Positions 10,838-22,270 of a stretch of DNA of 34,885 nt are shown here, in pieces (position 1 is the first letter of the stretch; every line of letters begins with the position of its first letter). The DNA is from Octopus bimaculoides (lineage: Eukaryota), in contig NC_068997.1 in NCBI RefSeq assembly GCF_001194135.2, positions 9,474,219-9,509,103 of the forward strand, written 5' to 3'. The translations under genes were made by a program, and so were the position numbers. The notes below the pieces were generated by a model that was not told the DNA's origin, did no database searches, and saw only the letters and a program-made list of their open reading frames with translations.

Positions 10838-11050
10838 CCTTTCTACTATAGGCACAAGGCCAGCAATTTCAGGGTGGGGGCAAGTCAATTACATTGACCC
10901 TAGTGCATAACTGGTACTTATTTTATCAACCCTGAAAGGATGAAAGGCAAAATCGACCTCAACAAAATTTGAACTCAGAATGTACGGATTGGCAAAATGG
11001 TGCTAAGCATTTTGCTTGGTGTGCTAACGATTCTGCCAGCTTGCCACCCT
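10838..11050 (-). mobile_element. SINE family A (near full length)
   Basis: Full colinearity with the other copies; AAT repeats on both sides. Confidence 0.88.
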
Positions 11051-11064
11051 AATAATGATAATAA

Positions 11065-11176
11065 CCCCTTCTACTAGAGGCACAAACCCTAAATATTGGG
11101 GAGAGGGACCTAGTTGATTGCATCAATCCCAGTATTGAATTGGCCCTTATTTCATCAACTCTAACTGGATGAAAGG
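11065..11176 (-). mobile_element. SINE family A, truncated and more diverged
   Basis: CTTCTACTAGAGGCACAAA...ATCCCAGTATTGAATTGG...GGATGAAAGG. Confidence 0.7.
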
Positions 11177-11193
11177 AATGATAATAATAATAT

Positions 11194-11570
11194 GACATAG
11201 CAGTGTTAGGAGATCAACATATCATCATGAAAGAAAGAGAAAAAGTTAATAAATATGGAGACCTGACAACTGAGATTGCTAAAATGTGGCAGCTATGAGA
11301 GTTGAACATAAAGGTTATCCCTATTGTCATTGGAGCATTGGGTTCAATACCACCCAATTTGAAAAACATCTGAAAACTTTAGAAATACCCTACAATCTAG
11401 GTGTATTGCAAAAGTCGGCATTACTTGGAACCTCACGCATATTGTGTAAAGTACTGTCTGAGGTCCTTGTTGTGACTTGACAAACAGTACAAACCCCTGG
11501 TAGACACAATATCTTCAATCAGCAACCTCATGATATTGTATACTGTGCAACGTCTATAGTAATAAGAATT
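11194..11570 (+). mobile_element. 3' end of an R4/Dong-type non-LTR retrotransposon (restriction-like endonuclease C-terminus plus 3' UTR), decayed
   Basis: Manual translation with one stop and one frameshift: DIAVLGDQHIIMKEREKVNKYGDLTTEIAKMWQL*ELNIKVIPIVIGALGSIPPNLK/HLKTLEIPYNLGVLQKSALLGTSRILCKVLS. This matches the recalled RLE C-terminal pattern D.A.P....EKEKI.KY.DL..E...W...V.P.VIGALG...LQKAALLGT..ILR.VL. Confidence 0.85.
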
Positions 11571-11574
11571 TCTC

Positions 11575-11875
11575 ATTTTGGCATAAGGCTATTAATTTTG
11601 AGGGGAGGGGGCAAACTGATTACATCAACCACAGTACTTGATGAGACTTTATTTTATCAACCCTGAAAGGATATAAAGTAAAAGGTGACTTTGGAGGAAT
11701 TTGAACTTAGCACATAAGGAACTAGAAAAAATAGCATTAAACATTTTGTCCAAAGCAGCAATGAAACAGATGAAAGAAAAAGTTGGTCCTTGGATGAATT
11801 TGAACTTCCGAAATAATGAAATACCACAAACTATTTTGTCCAATCCTCTACCAACTCTGCCAGCCACCGTTTTAA
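11575..11875 (-). mobile_element. SINE family A, diverged, with an internal partial duplication of the GAATTTGAACT region
   Basis: TTTTATCAACCCTGAAAGGAT...GGAATTTGAACTTAG, then a second GAATTTGAACTT near 11797, ending CTCTGCCAGCCACC. Confidence 0.7.
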
Positions 11876-12121
11876 TAACAGCAACAATGATGATGATGAC
11901 GATGATGATGACGATGATAATCCTATCCAGAGGCAAGGTAGCATTACACATATATACATAACCCGATTCTGAAGATTTTTGAAAAAAAACACACAAACCA
12001 GATTTCAAGAGAGCAATTTTATATTGAATTATGAAACAAAAAGATTATACAAGCTTTATGTATTTATATAGTAGTATGTAATGTTGCGTATATCTTTTAC
12101 ACACACACACACACAGATAAG

Positions 12122-12178
<57 letters not shown>

Positions 12179-12197
12179 GTATGAGTACACTGTTGCC

Positions 12198-12207
12198 NNN
12201 NNNNNNN
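12198..12207. other. Assembly gap (10 N)
   Basis: Seen directly. CTGTTGCC occurs on both sides of the gap. Confidence 1.
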
Positions 12208-12226
12208 CTGTTGCCTTTGTGTTTCT

Positions 12227-12294
<68 letters not shown>

Positions 12295-12906
12295 GAAACA
12301 CATATATATGCATATATGTGTGTGTACTGTTGCTTTGTGTTTCTGTAGCAAAAAGCATTGTATTTTTTAGAGGTTTTCTTTTGTGATTTTGGGGTTGTTT
12401 CTTTTAAAACTTAACTGCATACAAAGAAATTTCTGTCATCATTTTTCGCATTTTTTTTTTGTTTCTTATTTTCAGCTTTAGCTTTGTTTTCTTTTTTTAA
12501 TCTTTTTTTTTTGTTTTCTGTTTCATTTTTAAATACCTACGTATTTCGAAAAGAAAAAAAGAACAACAAATAAGCGGGCACACAATGGTGGTGGGTATGG
12601 ATGGAGCTGAAGAAAAGATTTATAATAGAGAAGAGGAGCAGAATGTACATACGAAAAATATAAAATAGAAGTTTACCAATGACATACTCCTCTCTCTCTC
12701 TCTTTCCTGTTTTTATATTTCTTTTTAAAGAAGAATCATATTCCTAGAATTTTCTGCTCCAGGAGACTCTTGTTTGTTATAAAACAATTTCAACTATTAT
12801 TATGTCATATGACTAACATATTCAACTGGAAGATAGCTACATTACAAGGGTTGACATCTATATTGCCATCATCATCATCATCATCATTATTGTTATTATT
12901 ATTAAT

Positions 12907-13150
12907 GTGACGAACTAGCAGAATCGTTAGTGTTGGACAAAATGCTTAACGACGTTTCTTCTGACTCAGTTTACATTCTATGTTCAAATTCCAGGTCAAC
13001 TTTGCCTTTCAACATTTTGCTACAAGGGAGCCATTTTGGGGTAGGGGATGAGTCAATTACATCGATCCCAGTGTTTCACTGGTACTTAATTTATTGCCCC
13101 CCCCCCCAAAAAGGATGAAAGGTAAAGTCAACCCCAGCAGAATTTGAATA
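12907..13150. mobile_element. Convergent SINE family A pair: + head and body (12907-13010) and - body (13015-13150)
   Basis: GAACTAGCAGAATCGTTAG...GTTCAAATTCCAGGTCAACTTTGCCTTTCA, followed by ...GGATGAAAGGTAAAGTCAACCCCAGCAGAATTTGAAT. Confidence 0.8.
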
Positions 13151-13169
13151 ATAATAATAATAATAATAA

Positions 13170-13578
13170 TGCAGTACCAGGCAGTGGCTCTCATGGCTTC
13201 TGGTCTTAACTGATTGGAGGTGTTGTCATGTACATTGTTTTGTCTTGGTATAAAAGATGGGCTACAGCAAATATTCTGCTTAATACCACAGATTGGTTTG
13301 TCAGTTTCTTGGCCTTAACCAGTTGAGCATGTCCCTGGGTGGCTGACGATATGTACATCTCTGATCATGAGCAGAAGTAGTGGGGGAGCATCATAGCCAT
13401 GTGTTGAGAGAAATTCTTTGGGGTTTAGATAATTCACCAATGGAAACATGGGTGTTTTGTTCAACATCCTTAAACAACCCTTACTCAGGGACCTTTTGAG
13501 CAGGATAGGCTACTCAACATGTTAGAAAATTCTAACTGGGTCTCACCTGCAAGGTCATGCACTGTTTATATTGATACT
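13170..13578 (-). mobile_element. Unclassified interspersed repeat (family E), probably a retroelement 3' end
   Basis: 13170-13449 is highly similar to 25591-25869. On the - strand it ends in an (ATT)n tract. No recognisable protein motif. Confidence 0.75.
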
Positions 13579-14504
13579 AGCTTAAAAGCTCCCCTATCAG
13601 GTGGCTTTCAAGCTAGCTCCTGTGGAAGGCTCTTCATTAGGCCTTGGGTCCAACAATGACACTTCATGCATTGAGTACATATTAAATTTTATAAACTTGA
13701 CCAATATTTTTCAAGCAATGAACAATTTTCCTCAAAACAATGATATGATTTGTCAACTTGGAACTTATTGCAAAGCTGCAGGATAAGCAACAGTACCACC
13801 ACCATCGCCACCACATCTGCCATACACACACCATTCAAACTTCTGACGCCATCATCATCAATACCTTTGACTTTGCTGCCTTCCCCTCCACCATCATCAC
13901 CACAGTCTTTCACATCGCCTACTCTCACCGTCATCCTTGACCGCCTTGGCTACCACCACCACCATCATCATTGCCACCTCCGCCTCTATCACAACTACAG
14001 TTCATACTACTACTATCACCCCGTCACCATCATGAAAAGTGTTCACTCCCTCTTTCTCTCACATACCCACTCTTTCTCTCTCTCTCTCTCTCTCTCTCTT
14101 ATTATTACTCCCATTGCCACTAGCAACACTACTACTGTTAATAAAACAGCATCAACTCTCCCTAAATTTCTTTGTCTCTCTTTCTTTCCCTCTCTTTTTC
14201 TTTCTCTCTCTGTCTTCGTCACTGCCCTGACCATCTCTCTGCTTACTATTATTTTCACCCCAACATGAGCATTAGTAGAAGTGTCATTGAATAATGAGAG
14301 AGGAGGGCCAAAGTGTGACACACTGATACACGGAAATTAGTTTTCATATTTAGTATATTAGATGAGATCACCATGTTGTGCACATATGGTTGTGATGCAT
14401 GTGCCTGGTATCTCCTTATCAGATGGTTAGTCATGATGGATATACTGGGCTTTGTATATTTGTACCTGAGTGTCACTTTGATGGCATGCACTGCTCTCTC
14501 ACTC

Positions 14505-14543
<39 letters not shown>

Positions 14544-14544
14544 C

Positions 14545-14730
14545 TTATCTGCTACAGGCAGAAGGCCCAAAATTTGGGTGAGGGGGTAAGTCAATTACAT
14601 CAACCCCAGTGCTCAACTGGTACTTATTTCATCAATCCCGCAAGGATGAAAAGCAAAGTTGACCTTGGCGGAATTTGAACTCAGAACATAAAGACAAGCA
14701 AAATGCTAACAATTCTACCAGCTCACCACT
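14545..14730 (-). mobile_element. SINE family A with an internal deletion in the head
   Basis: CCCCAGTGCTCAACTGGTACTTATTTCATC...GACCTTGGCGGAATTTGAACTCAGAAC, with (AAT)n on both sides. Confidence 0.85.
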
Positions 14731-16124
14731 ATATATGATAATAATAATAATAATGATAATAATAAAGTTACTATTTCTATAACTCCCATTGACCTTTATT
14801 AAAGGAAATAACATGATATGAATGATAGTGTTTGATGTTATGATAATCAAACCAGCAGCATAATATATATATATATATATATACATACATAAGAAAAACA
14901 GTTTACTCTTCAACTGTATCTCATTACCCAGGATATACTTGTTCTACCACCATTACCATAGTCAGCATTCCAACAGTGTACCCCAACCCCTACTTTTACC
15001 CTCCAACAATCTTAATGGCTGCTACTGCCCACCTCCATCCTCTCCACCCATGACCATCTTCATCCGCTTCACTCCTGCGTTCTGCATGTATAAACACACC
15101 AACAATAATATACACAAGGCGAGATGGATGTATCTCACCATTCAAATTGGAGGGGGGGGGTCTATTTTTTTTAATGTTTTGTTTTTTTTTTTAATTTTGG
15201 TAATACAGAACTTCCTTGTCGTTTGCACCATACAGATGCCATGCCATCGAGATAAATTACCAACACATTTCACCTAGTTTGCAGACTGACATTCCTGAAA
15301 GTCTTGTGACACCTATGTAAATGTTAATATCCCTGCTGCTACCACTGCCACCACTACCACCAACATCCCATCGCCTGTCCTTCCATGCTTAACAAGTATA
15401 GGTGGTATGTAAGTATGCAACGTCTCCATTAAATAATTAATTGACAGGTTATTTGTATGGATGTACATGTGTATATATACGGAGCGTGCATGCAAAAATG
15501 TCTATATGTGCATGTATGCAAGAGCGTTTTTGTATGTGCATGTGTTTCGTTTGCCTCCTTGTTCCAGGTGTCTAATGTGCTCATCAAACTAAAAATTAAA
15601 TAAAAATTCTTTTAAAAGTGCCTCGGTGAACATCACACCAAACCTGGCATAAAATTCATTCCCTGAACTGTGTGAAAAAACGATAATTTGCACATGGGAT
15701 CTGCTTACTTACATGAAAAAATGTGTGTCTAAATAAACATCGTTAGAATAAATGTGAGAATGTGCTGAGGAAATGCTTGACAGCAAAGTTATAATAGAAA
15801 ATTTTTCTCTTAAATAATGTAAACAAACATACAATAATATGTTTTAAAATAAGGCAGATGCTTCACAAATTCCCCAAAGGCTCATAAGTGTATGTGATTG
15901 GATCTAGATTTAAGTTTATAGGATTTTCAGGTGAAAATTGTCATTTTTGATAGAATGTTAGAAAATTGCAGTCAAAATACCCAGAAAGATTGAGGTGCAC
16001 TAAGGTATGTAAAATTACGTCCACTATCTAAACACACAAGAAAATGCCTGCAGTGAAATTGAACTCATGAACCTCAAGTTGTTGGTCCAGTACTGTATCA
16101 ACTAAGCCATTTTACTTTATATCA

Positions 16125-16435
16125 TCATCATTTAACATCTGCTTTTCTTGAATAAGTCAAATGGAATTTGTTGAGGCAGATTTTCTACAGCTGGATGCCC
16201 TTCCTGTCACCAACCCATATCTGTTTCCAAGTAAAGTAATATTTCTTCATGGACAGACATGTTTTTCAGGGAAGACTGGAAAGAAACAACATTGCTTGTG
16301 TAACAGTGATGCTTCATGCGATGTCAAGATAAAGGTACACACATGCATGTATGCACAACAGATTTCTATCAATTTCCATCTACCAAATCTGCTCACAAGG
16401 CTTTGGTTGCCCCAGGGCTGTAGTAGTTGGGAAGT
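16125..16435 (-). mobile_element. SINE with an RTE-type 3' tail (family C)
   Basis: GGATGCCCTTCCTGTCACCAACC and (ATC)n at the left end. It is the reverse-strand equivalent of 29770-30038. Confidence 0.75.
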
Positions 16436-16499
16436 GATAACAAATTCAAATGAGACAATTGTAACTTGATGTAATAAAAGGACTTGCTCACTCCATTCT

Positions 16500-16900
16500 C
16501 TTTGTTTATAATTGTAAAGAAGTCCATGTAGTATACTAGCGTCAAATAATCTGATGAATGAATAACATCCTTCACTCTTTCACTACATGAAGTTCCCCCT
16601 CTTCTCAATTCCGTATCATCTTTCTGTCTTCTACCAATACTGTCATAACCCTTGACACTTGTAATTACCGAAATGGGTACAACTCCAATGCACCTGTCTT
16701 TTCCTTTCTATTCTCCCTCCTACTACATCCCCTCATCATCTCTGATGCCATATTAAAACCTCAGACCAATTCTTCCTTCGCAGAATTATAACCTTCTGGA
16801 ACTTTCTTCATACAAAACTTTGGACAAAAACATAACTATCTGCAAGCAACTTTAAAACTATGGCCAAATTTCTTTCTTCTCCTCTTCCTTAAATTAAATA
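16500..16900 (-). mobile_element. Highly decayed RTE-like LINE ORF2 (reverse transcriptase) fragment
   Basis: Minus-strand pieces EELV*GFNMASEMMRGC and VKDVIHSSDYLTLVYYMD weakly echo the RTE motifs KA.GP.G..AEM.K and VKVGVHQGSVLSPLLF..VMD, in the correct order. Confidence 0.3.
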
Positions 16901-18530
16901 CTTGAAACATAATATTTATTCAATGGCCTATTCCTCATTCTGAAAGAAAAACAAAATGGTCATATAACACAGACGTAGAGCAGACCTTGGAGTGAGAGGG
17001 GAAGTCACTAAGTCAATGAAAAAGTCATGAACAGTAATGAAAGAACTTTGACTAACAAACAACCAACTGATTGTTTAATCAACACATTAAACAAACGATT
17101 GATTAGTTAGTTGGTTGGATATTTAACCAGTTGATTAACAATAAAGAAGTGGAATTGAACCAGCGTGTGTGTTATTTTTTGCATCTCTCCCAAGACAAAA
17201 TCTTCAGCATTTCTAATCATTCTTCTTTCTTGAAGACAATACTTCTTTTGAAACAGACTTTACACTTTCATATGCAACATCTCTCTCTCTCTCTCTCTCA
17301 CAAACACACCGATTACATTCTTGTTGAATAATAAAAGATGGGCTTGCCATTGACTTCTAAGCATTTTTTTAATGGAAGTTAATCCCTTAAATAGATCATA
17401 TTTGATTGCTGAAATTAATCAAATTTCTCACTTGTGAAGTTTCAATTAAATTTTTTAAAGAAAAAAAAAAAAAAGCTTTCATTTATTGATTTATGAAAGC
17501 CAAAAGAAAAAAAAGGTGGGAGGTATCAAACATTCAGCTAGACAGAACTAGTACATATTTATTTCTTTAAATAACTATTGTTTGTGGTTACTTTTGCTTG
17601 GCCTAATCTGATGTGATTAATTTTCTTTGGATAAGGTACAAAACCAGTTTTCTCTGAACTGAAATATAAGCAACAGAACCGACCCATGGTATTTATTTTA
17701 CTGATTTTGGATGGCTTAGGGCAATGTCTGATGATTGTACTAAGACACTAGACATGTTAAAAACACTGTTTGGCATGTTCTCAGCACATGAAACTAATAG
17801 TAGCACAGAAAAACACATATTGTGCTTATTAAACAATATTTATATCTCACCAGATGGAGTAATTTTTTTGTTGATCTTACCATACACACACACACTCACA
17901 CACACACTCTTCTCTCAGAAAATGACTCTCATAAGTTAGATAAGAAATCAGTGTTGGCAGTAATAATCTGGAGATGTAGAAAGAATATTCTAAAGGAAAG
18001 CAGAGGATGAGTGAGTTGAGTATTTCAGTTATGGAAGAGCTATTTGTTTTCAAGTATGAATATTTAATCAATTAGAATAAACAAAATACTTTCAGTTTAG
18101 CTATTTTGTTTATTTGTGTTGATATTTTTTGTTTGTTTGTTTACTTGTCCTAGAAATTAAAATATTTAATTCATCATTAGCAATGGAAGCAATATTAGTT
18201 CATTAACAACAAATTTTGCCTGTCATTTGTAAAACCAGGGATTTGTCAGTCACTGTTTTTTTTTTTTAATATCAGTGGAGGCTAAGTTTGTTTTGGCATG
18301 CAAATCATAATGAATACTTGCTACTGATGATGTGCAAAGACACAGAAATCCAGATTTAGCAATCCCATCACCAATGCTGGATGCTTTTCACTTGCTACAG
18401 ATACATTTCTGTGCTTTTTAGCACCACAGATCTATACGAAAGGCTTTCTCTGGACAAATACTGTAGTGTTGTGGCTTTCTACAGTATATCCATGTTAAGT
18501 AAGACATACCAAAGTGCTATTCCAAAATAT

Positions 18531-18668
18531 TTAACCTTTAGCATACTGAAGGCAAATCATGTTGCCATTTGAATTTTCTCCCCTGTGACTGCAAATGCAT
18601 TGTGTTGCATTGAGAGGGGAGAAAACTCATACAATGACATGATTTTCCTTCAGCATGCTAAAGGTTAA
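18531..18668. mobile_element. Complete 138-bp foldback MITE with TTAA ends (piggyBac-type)
   Basis: The left end TTAACCTTTAGCATACTGAAGGCAAATCATGT matches the reverse complement of the right end TTAACCTTTAGCATGCTGAAGGAAAATCATGT. Pairing continues through TTTTCTCCCCT/AGGGGAGAAAA. Confidence 0.9.
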
Positions 18669-19422
18669 TATTATTTTATCAAACTTGATTATTTATTTCT
18701 TTCCCTGTTCATTTGAGAAATTCGAATACAATTTTCCTTTTTAATGAGACACAAACCCAATTTCTGTAAGGTACTGATCAATATAAAGTGAATTAAACTA
18801 ATTCAAATATATTATTTGTAGTTATCATCATCAAGCCGAATAATATTTAAACTCAGAACAGACAGCTAATCTAACGGATCTACCATTGAAAGCATCTCAC
18901 TTAGAGAATTACTTATGGCCCCTTCCACTCTCTTTGCTTCACAACAAACTTGGATACTTAAATACAAGAAATAAATTAAGACCAAATGTTCAAACTATTT
19001 AATTGTAACCTTTTCTCCACAAAGTCTTCAACTATTAAATTGAAATTGTAGCTTTCACATTAATCTTTTGTTTTTCTTGGTATAGAGTTTCTATTCTATT
19101 TGTTGTTGTTTTTTTTTTTCAGAGAAACAAAGATTGTAAAAGTTAACTTCAACAAAAAGTACTTTTAACAAAAGCCTTTGAGAAAAAATGGAACAAAACG
19201 GAAAAGCATACAATGAAAATTATGACACCAAAAGTAGAGTACGAGACTTGGTTCATTTGAATATCAAGTTCATTATCTCTTGTTTCTAATGTGGGAGCCA
19301 ATTTAACACAGATGATGTCTGCGTTATATTTTGTATTCATTTGTAATAGATGAACCTGGATAAATGCAATTAAGAAAGTAAACTATCAGGATATATTCTG
19401 AAATACCTGTCATAGATCTGGA

Positions 19423-19600
19423 TTAACCCTTTTGTTACCATAATTCTGTTGAAATATATGGCTTCTTTTTCCAATTAATTTTGAAAATAATGAAGAATTT
19501 AGTAATATAACTATCATTATTAATCTGGGATTTAGAACATAAATTAACATGAATTTTTGATAGAAGGTTTTAAATTGGATCAATTTATCATAGAACTAGG
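19423..19600 (+). mobile_element. TTAA-ended MITE fragment, same family as 7652
   Basis: Begins TTAACCCTTTTGTTACCATAATTCTGTTGAAAT. Confidence 0.8.
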
Positions 19601-19795
19601 GGTGGTCTTAGACAGGATTGTTATCAAAGAGTTACAGACTTGTTGGCTGGTTTTATTTATCTATTTGACTAATAATTTATCAATTTGTCCATTTTATTTC
19701 TGAAAGAATTACAAATAACAAAGCAGAATTGGCTCAGTTGATTGTAGCTTCTTCACTACACAACTGAAGGGGCTGGATAAAATGCTTTATTACAG

Positions 19796-19832
19796 AAAGT
19801 TCTGAGAGGAAGATGGAAATTTGGAGAAAATG
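19796..19832 (+). CDS. Candidate micro-exon KVLRGRWKFGEN(x)
   Basis: Good acceptor TGCTTTATTACAG| and strong donor AAATG|GTAAGG flank 37 nt. The phase-0 reading continues the 8919 exon as ...WATLEV-KVLRGR. The phase-1 frame (ESSERKMEIWRK) is also open. Confidence 0.4.
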
Positions 19833-20234
19833 GTAAGGCACGAGATAAATCCTTTATAAGAATAACTTTGCTGTCTTTGACTGTTCATAAAATAGGAGCC
19901 ATGTATTCAGTTCAATACCATTTGCTGACTCTACCGATTCTCTCCATATTGTGCCAATGTAACAAATGACAATTTGATTAAAACACAACTCTAAAACAGA
20001 AATCTAAAAGAAATGTAAAAAGAAAGAAAGACAGAAAGAAAAAATATTGAAGTAAAGCAATTTCTGAGTATTACTTAATAGAAAAAGGTCAAATTTAAAT
20101 AGTTTATCAGAAGTCAGCTCAAGTAAATAAGTTACGCAGAAAAATATTTGATTTTTCAATTGGCTGCAAATGATTCACAAAATTACTTTGTATTGACATT
20201 GTGTGTATGCGTGTATGAATCTTTTTGTGTGTGT

Positions 20235-20289
<55 letters not shown>

Positions 20290-20483
20290 AAATCTCACTG
20301 CACATCTGTCAGTGTATATGCTTGCATATCACTGTGAATATGTATTTAGGTGTTTGTGTGTGTGTGGTAACACCAGCATATATAACTGTCTCTGTGTGTG
20401 TGAGTATACGTCATGAATGATGCATCTGTGTATGAGTGTAAGAGATTATGTGTAGGTGTATGCTTAAAAGAAAAATGTATATC

Positions 20484-20526
<43 letters not shown>

Positions 20527-20844
20527 TGATGATAATAATAAAAAACAAAAATAAATGAAATAAAATAAAACGAGACATAGTAATACACAAGTAATATAGT
20601 TGAAGCTATTAATCTTAGCAGAGGCTGTCATGTTACTATTTTATCACAATAAACTTAACCAAGGCAAATCTGGAATGTAAAATAACTACTTGAAACTCTT
20701 TATAGAGAGAATTTCTATAAAATCACCATCTATTTACATTACTCGAGTTTTTCTCCTAACCTTATTCAACTGAATTTGTCAATGCAAACTACCATTAATA
20801 TCTTCAAATTCTTCTGTTTAACATTATTTAGTAGTTAGATCACT

Positions 20845-21075
20845 TTAACTCTTTAGCATTTGAACTGCCCAAATCCAGCCAAAATTTTCTACCTGTTTCA
20901 TGTTTCATATTCAAACAGGTCAGACCTAGCTTCTCACACCTACCTAACAATGTCATTGTAAAAACAGACAATCACATCATTGAAATCTTGAAGATACAAG
21001 ATAATGCATGCTTCATTCAAAGCAAAGTGGTAAATAGGAACATTACGTGTGACAGAATAATCTGAAAGCATAGAA
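20845..21075 (+). mobile_element. TTAA-ended MITE, near complete, right end degenerate
   Basis: Begins TTAACTCTTTAGCATT. Its 3' part (ATAATGCATG...CATTAC.TGTGACAGAATAATCTGAA) matches 29571-29648, which ends AATGCTAAAGGGTTAA. Confidence 0.75.
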
Positions 21076-21699
21076 TGGTCAATTTGCTTAAGAAACTTGC
21101 TTCACAAGATCTTGGGTTTGGCCTCACAGCATGACATTTCTATACCTTTGAGTTGGCTAATATCTTGTAATGGAAATTGTAAGGAAGCCTCTATCAGGTG
21201 GAGTGTACTTGCAATTCAAAAGGTATTGTCTTGAGACACAGTGTTATGCAGATTCAGCCTGAATATCATATTAAGAGTACACATGTCTGTGGAATACTCA
21301 GCTACCTACGCATTAATTCAAGAAGAGATAATTCAACTGAATGAACAGCGAATCCTCACATTGCATGATGGAGATCCGTCACCAAATCATTTTAGTTTCC
21401 TTTTAGTCTGTCTTCCATTTGAGATATTTTGATGAAATCTATAAAGTCATTCTCAGAAATTATTGTACTTCCAATTTTTTTTTCTCTTTCCATAATCAAA
21501 TATTGAACTGCTAGACTAGCACAGGTTCACAAATTTGTAGCAAATGGGTATAGTGAACTGTTATTGAGTTGAATATAAATCTATTTAATGTTTGGATAAA
21601 CCCAGTCTGTTCCATTTGAGTGAGTTAAGTAAACAGAGGTAGATTATTAAATAAAATGCTGATTTAAATTTTCAACTTGTGGCCATCATCTTTATTCTG

Positions 21700-22270
21700 G
21701 AGGGCCTGATGTTGTGAACTTTAAAACATGTGTTCTACATCCTGGATATGACAGAGAGCTTGTTGAAGGAAGTGGGCATTGTGTTGAATGCTTATATAAC
21801 TATATACAAGCAACTTCATTGACTATTTACAACTCCATTCTATAAGTAGTTAATACCCCATAAAACAAAAGCTGTCCTCGTTGCAGCACGAAATATGAGA
21901 ATCCTCAAAAACCTAAAGACAAACATCAAGAACTTGTGAATACAATCTTAACATTCCTGGGAATTGTAGACTGCCAAAGAAAGATATTTTTCTTTAGAGT
22001 ATTTAAAATTTTTACTTTGAGATCTGGAAAATGAAAATAATCTATTACGTCTTAAAAGAAACGAGATGAGATGATAAAGACACGCTACAGGTGCAATGTG
22101 AATGAAAAGAAGAGAGTAAGTTCAACAGAAGTGAAGAAGTTGATGATAGTTTGAAAGAAGTGTTCGTCTGGTTAATCAATACTGTACAATATATTACAAT
22201 GTAAAACCAATATCTGCAAAGACAAACTGCAAAATGTGGTATTTTACTAAGAAACACTATGTCGTCCTTA
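21700..22270 (+). mobile_element. Decayed RTE-like LINE, C-terminal part of ORF2
   Basis: With frameshifts, 22020-22140 reads EIWKMK../LRLKRNEMR/MIKTRYRCNVNEKKRVSSTEVKKL. This echoes the RTE pattern SETW.M..ED..RLERNEMRM.RWMC.V...DR.S..ELR. Confidence 0.5.

Noticed and set aside
11194-11570. Idea that the Dong/R4 element mobilises SINE family A, since both sit in TAA repeats
   Set aside because: In sense orientation the R4/Dong piece is flanked by AAT-type repeats and the SINEs by ATT-type repeats (opposite strand). I see no shared 3' end.
12190-12350. Direct repeat TGTTGC(C)TTTGTGTTTCTGTAG around the 10-N gap
   Set aside because: CTGTTGCC is duplicated across the gap amid microsatellites, so an assembly overlap artefact is likely.
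13338-13380. CTGACGA in repeat family E as a second hammerhead
   Set aside because: No stem II pairing and no GAAA at the required position.
13750-14321. 172-aa S/T/P/H-rich ORF and its antisense partner
   Set aside because: Built from CCA/CAT and TC low-complexity tracts, with no splice signals or domain evidence.
3779-14730. Recurrent ~30-40 nt motif (GAAAGGATGAAAGGCAAAGTC) as a CRISPR-like array
   Set aside because: The copies are dispersed in both orientations, sit in longer homologous bodies, and have no regular spacers or cas genes. They are SINEs.
18381-18572. LSLDKYCSVV resembling a GPCR TM3 DRY motif
   Set aside because: No other TM helices or motifs are present, and the ORF runs into a MITE.
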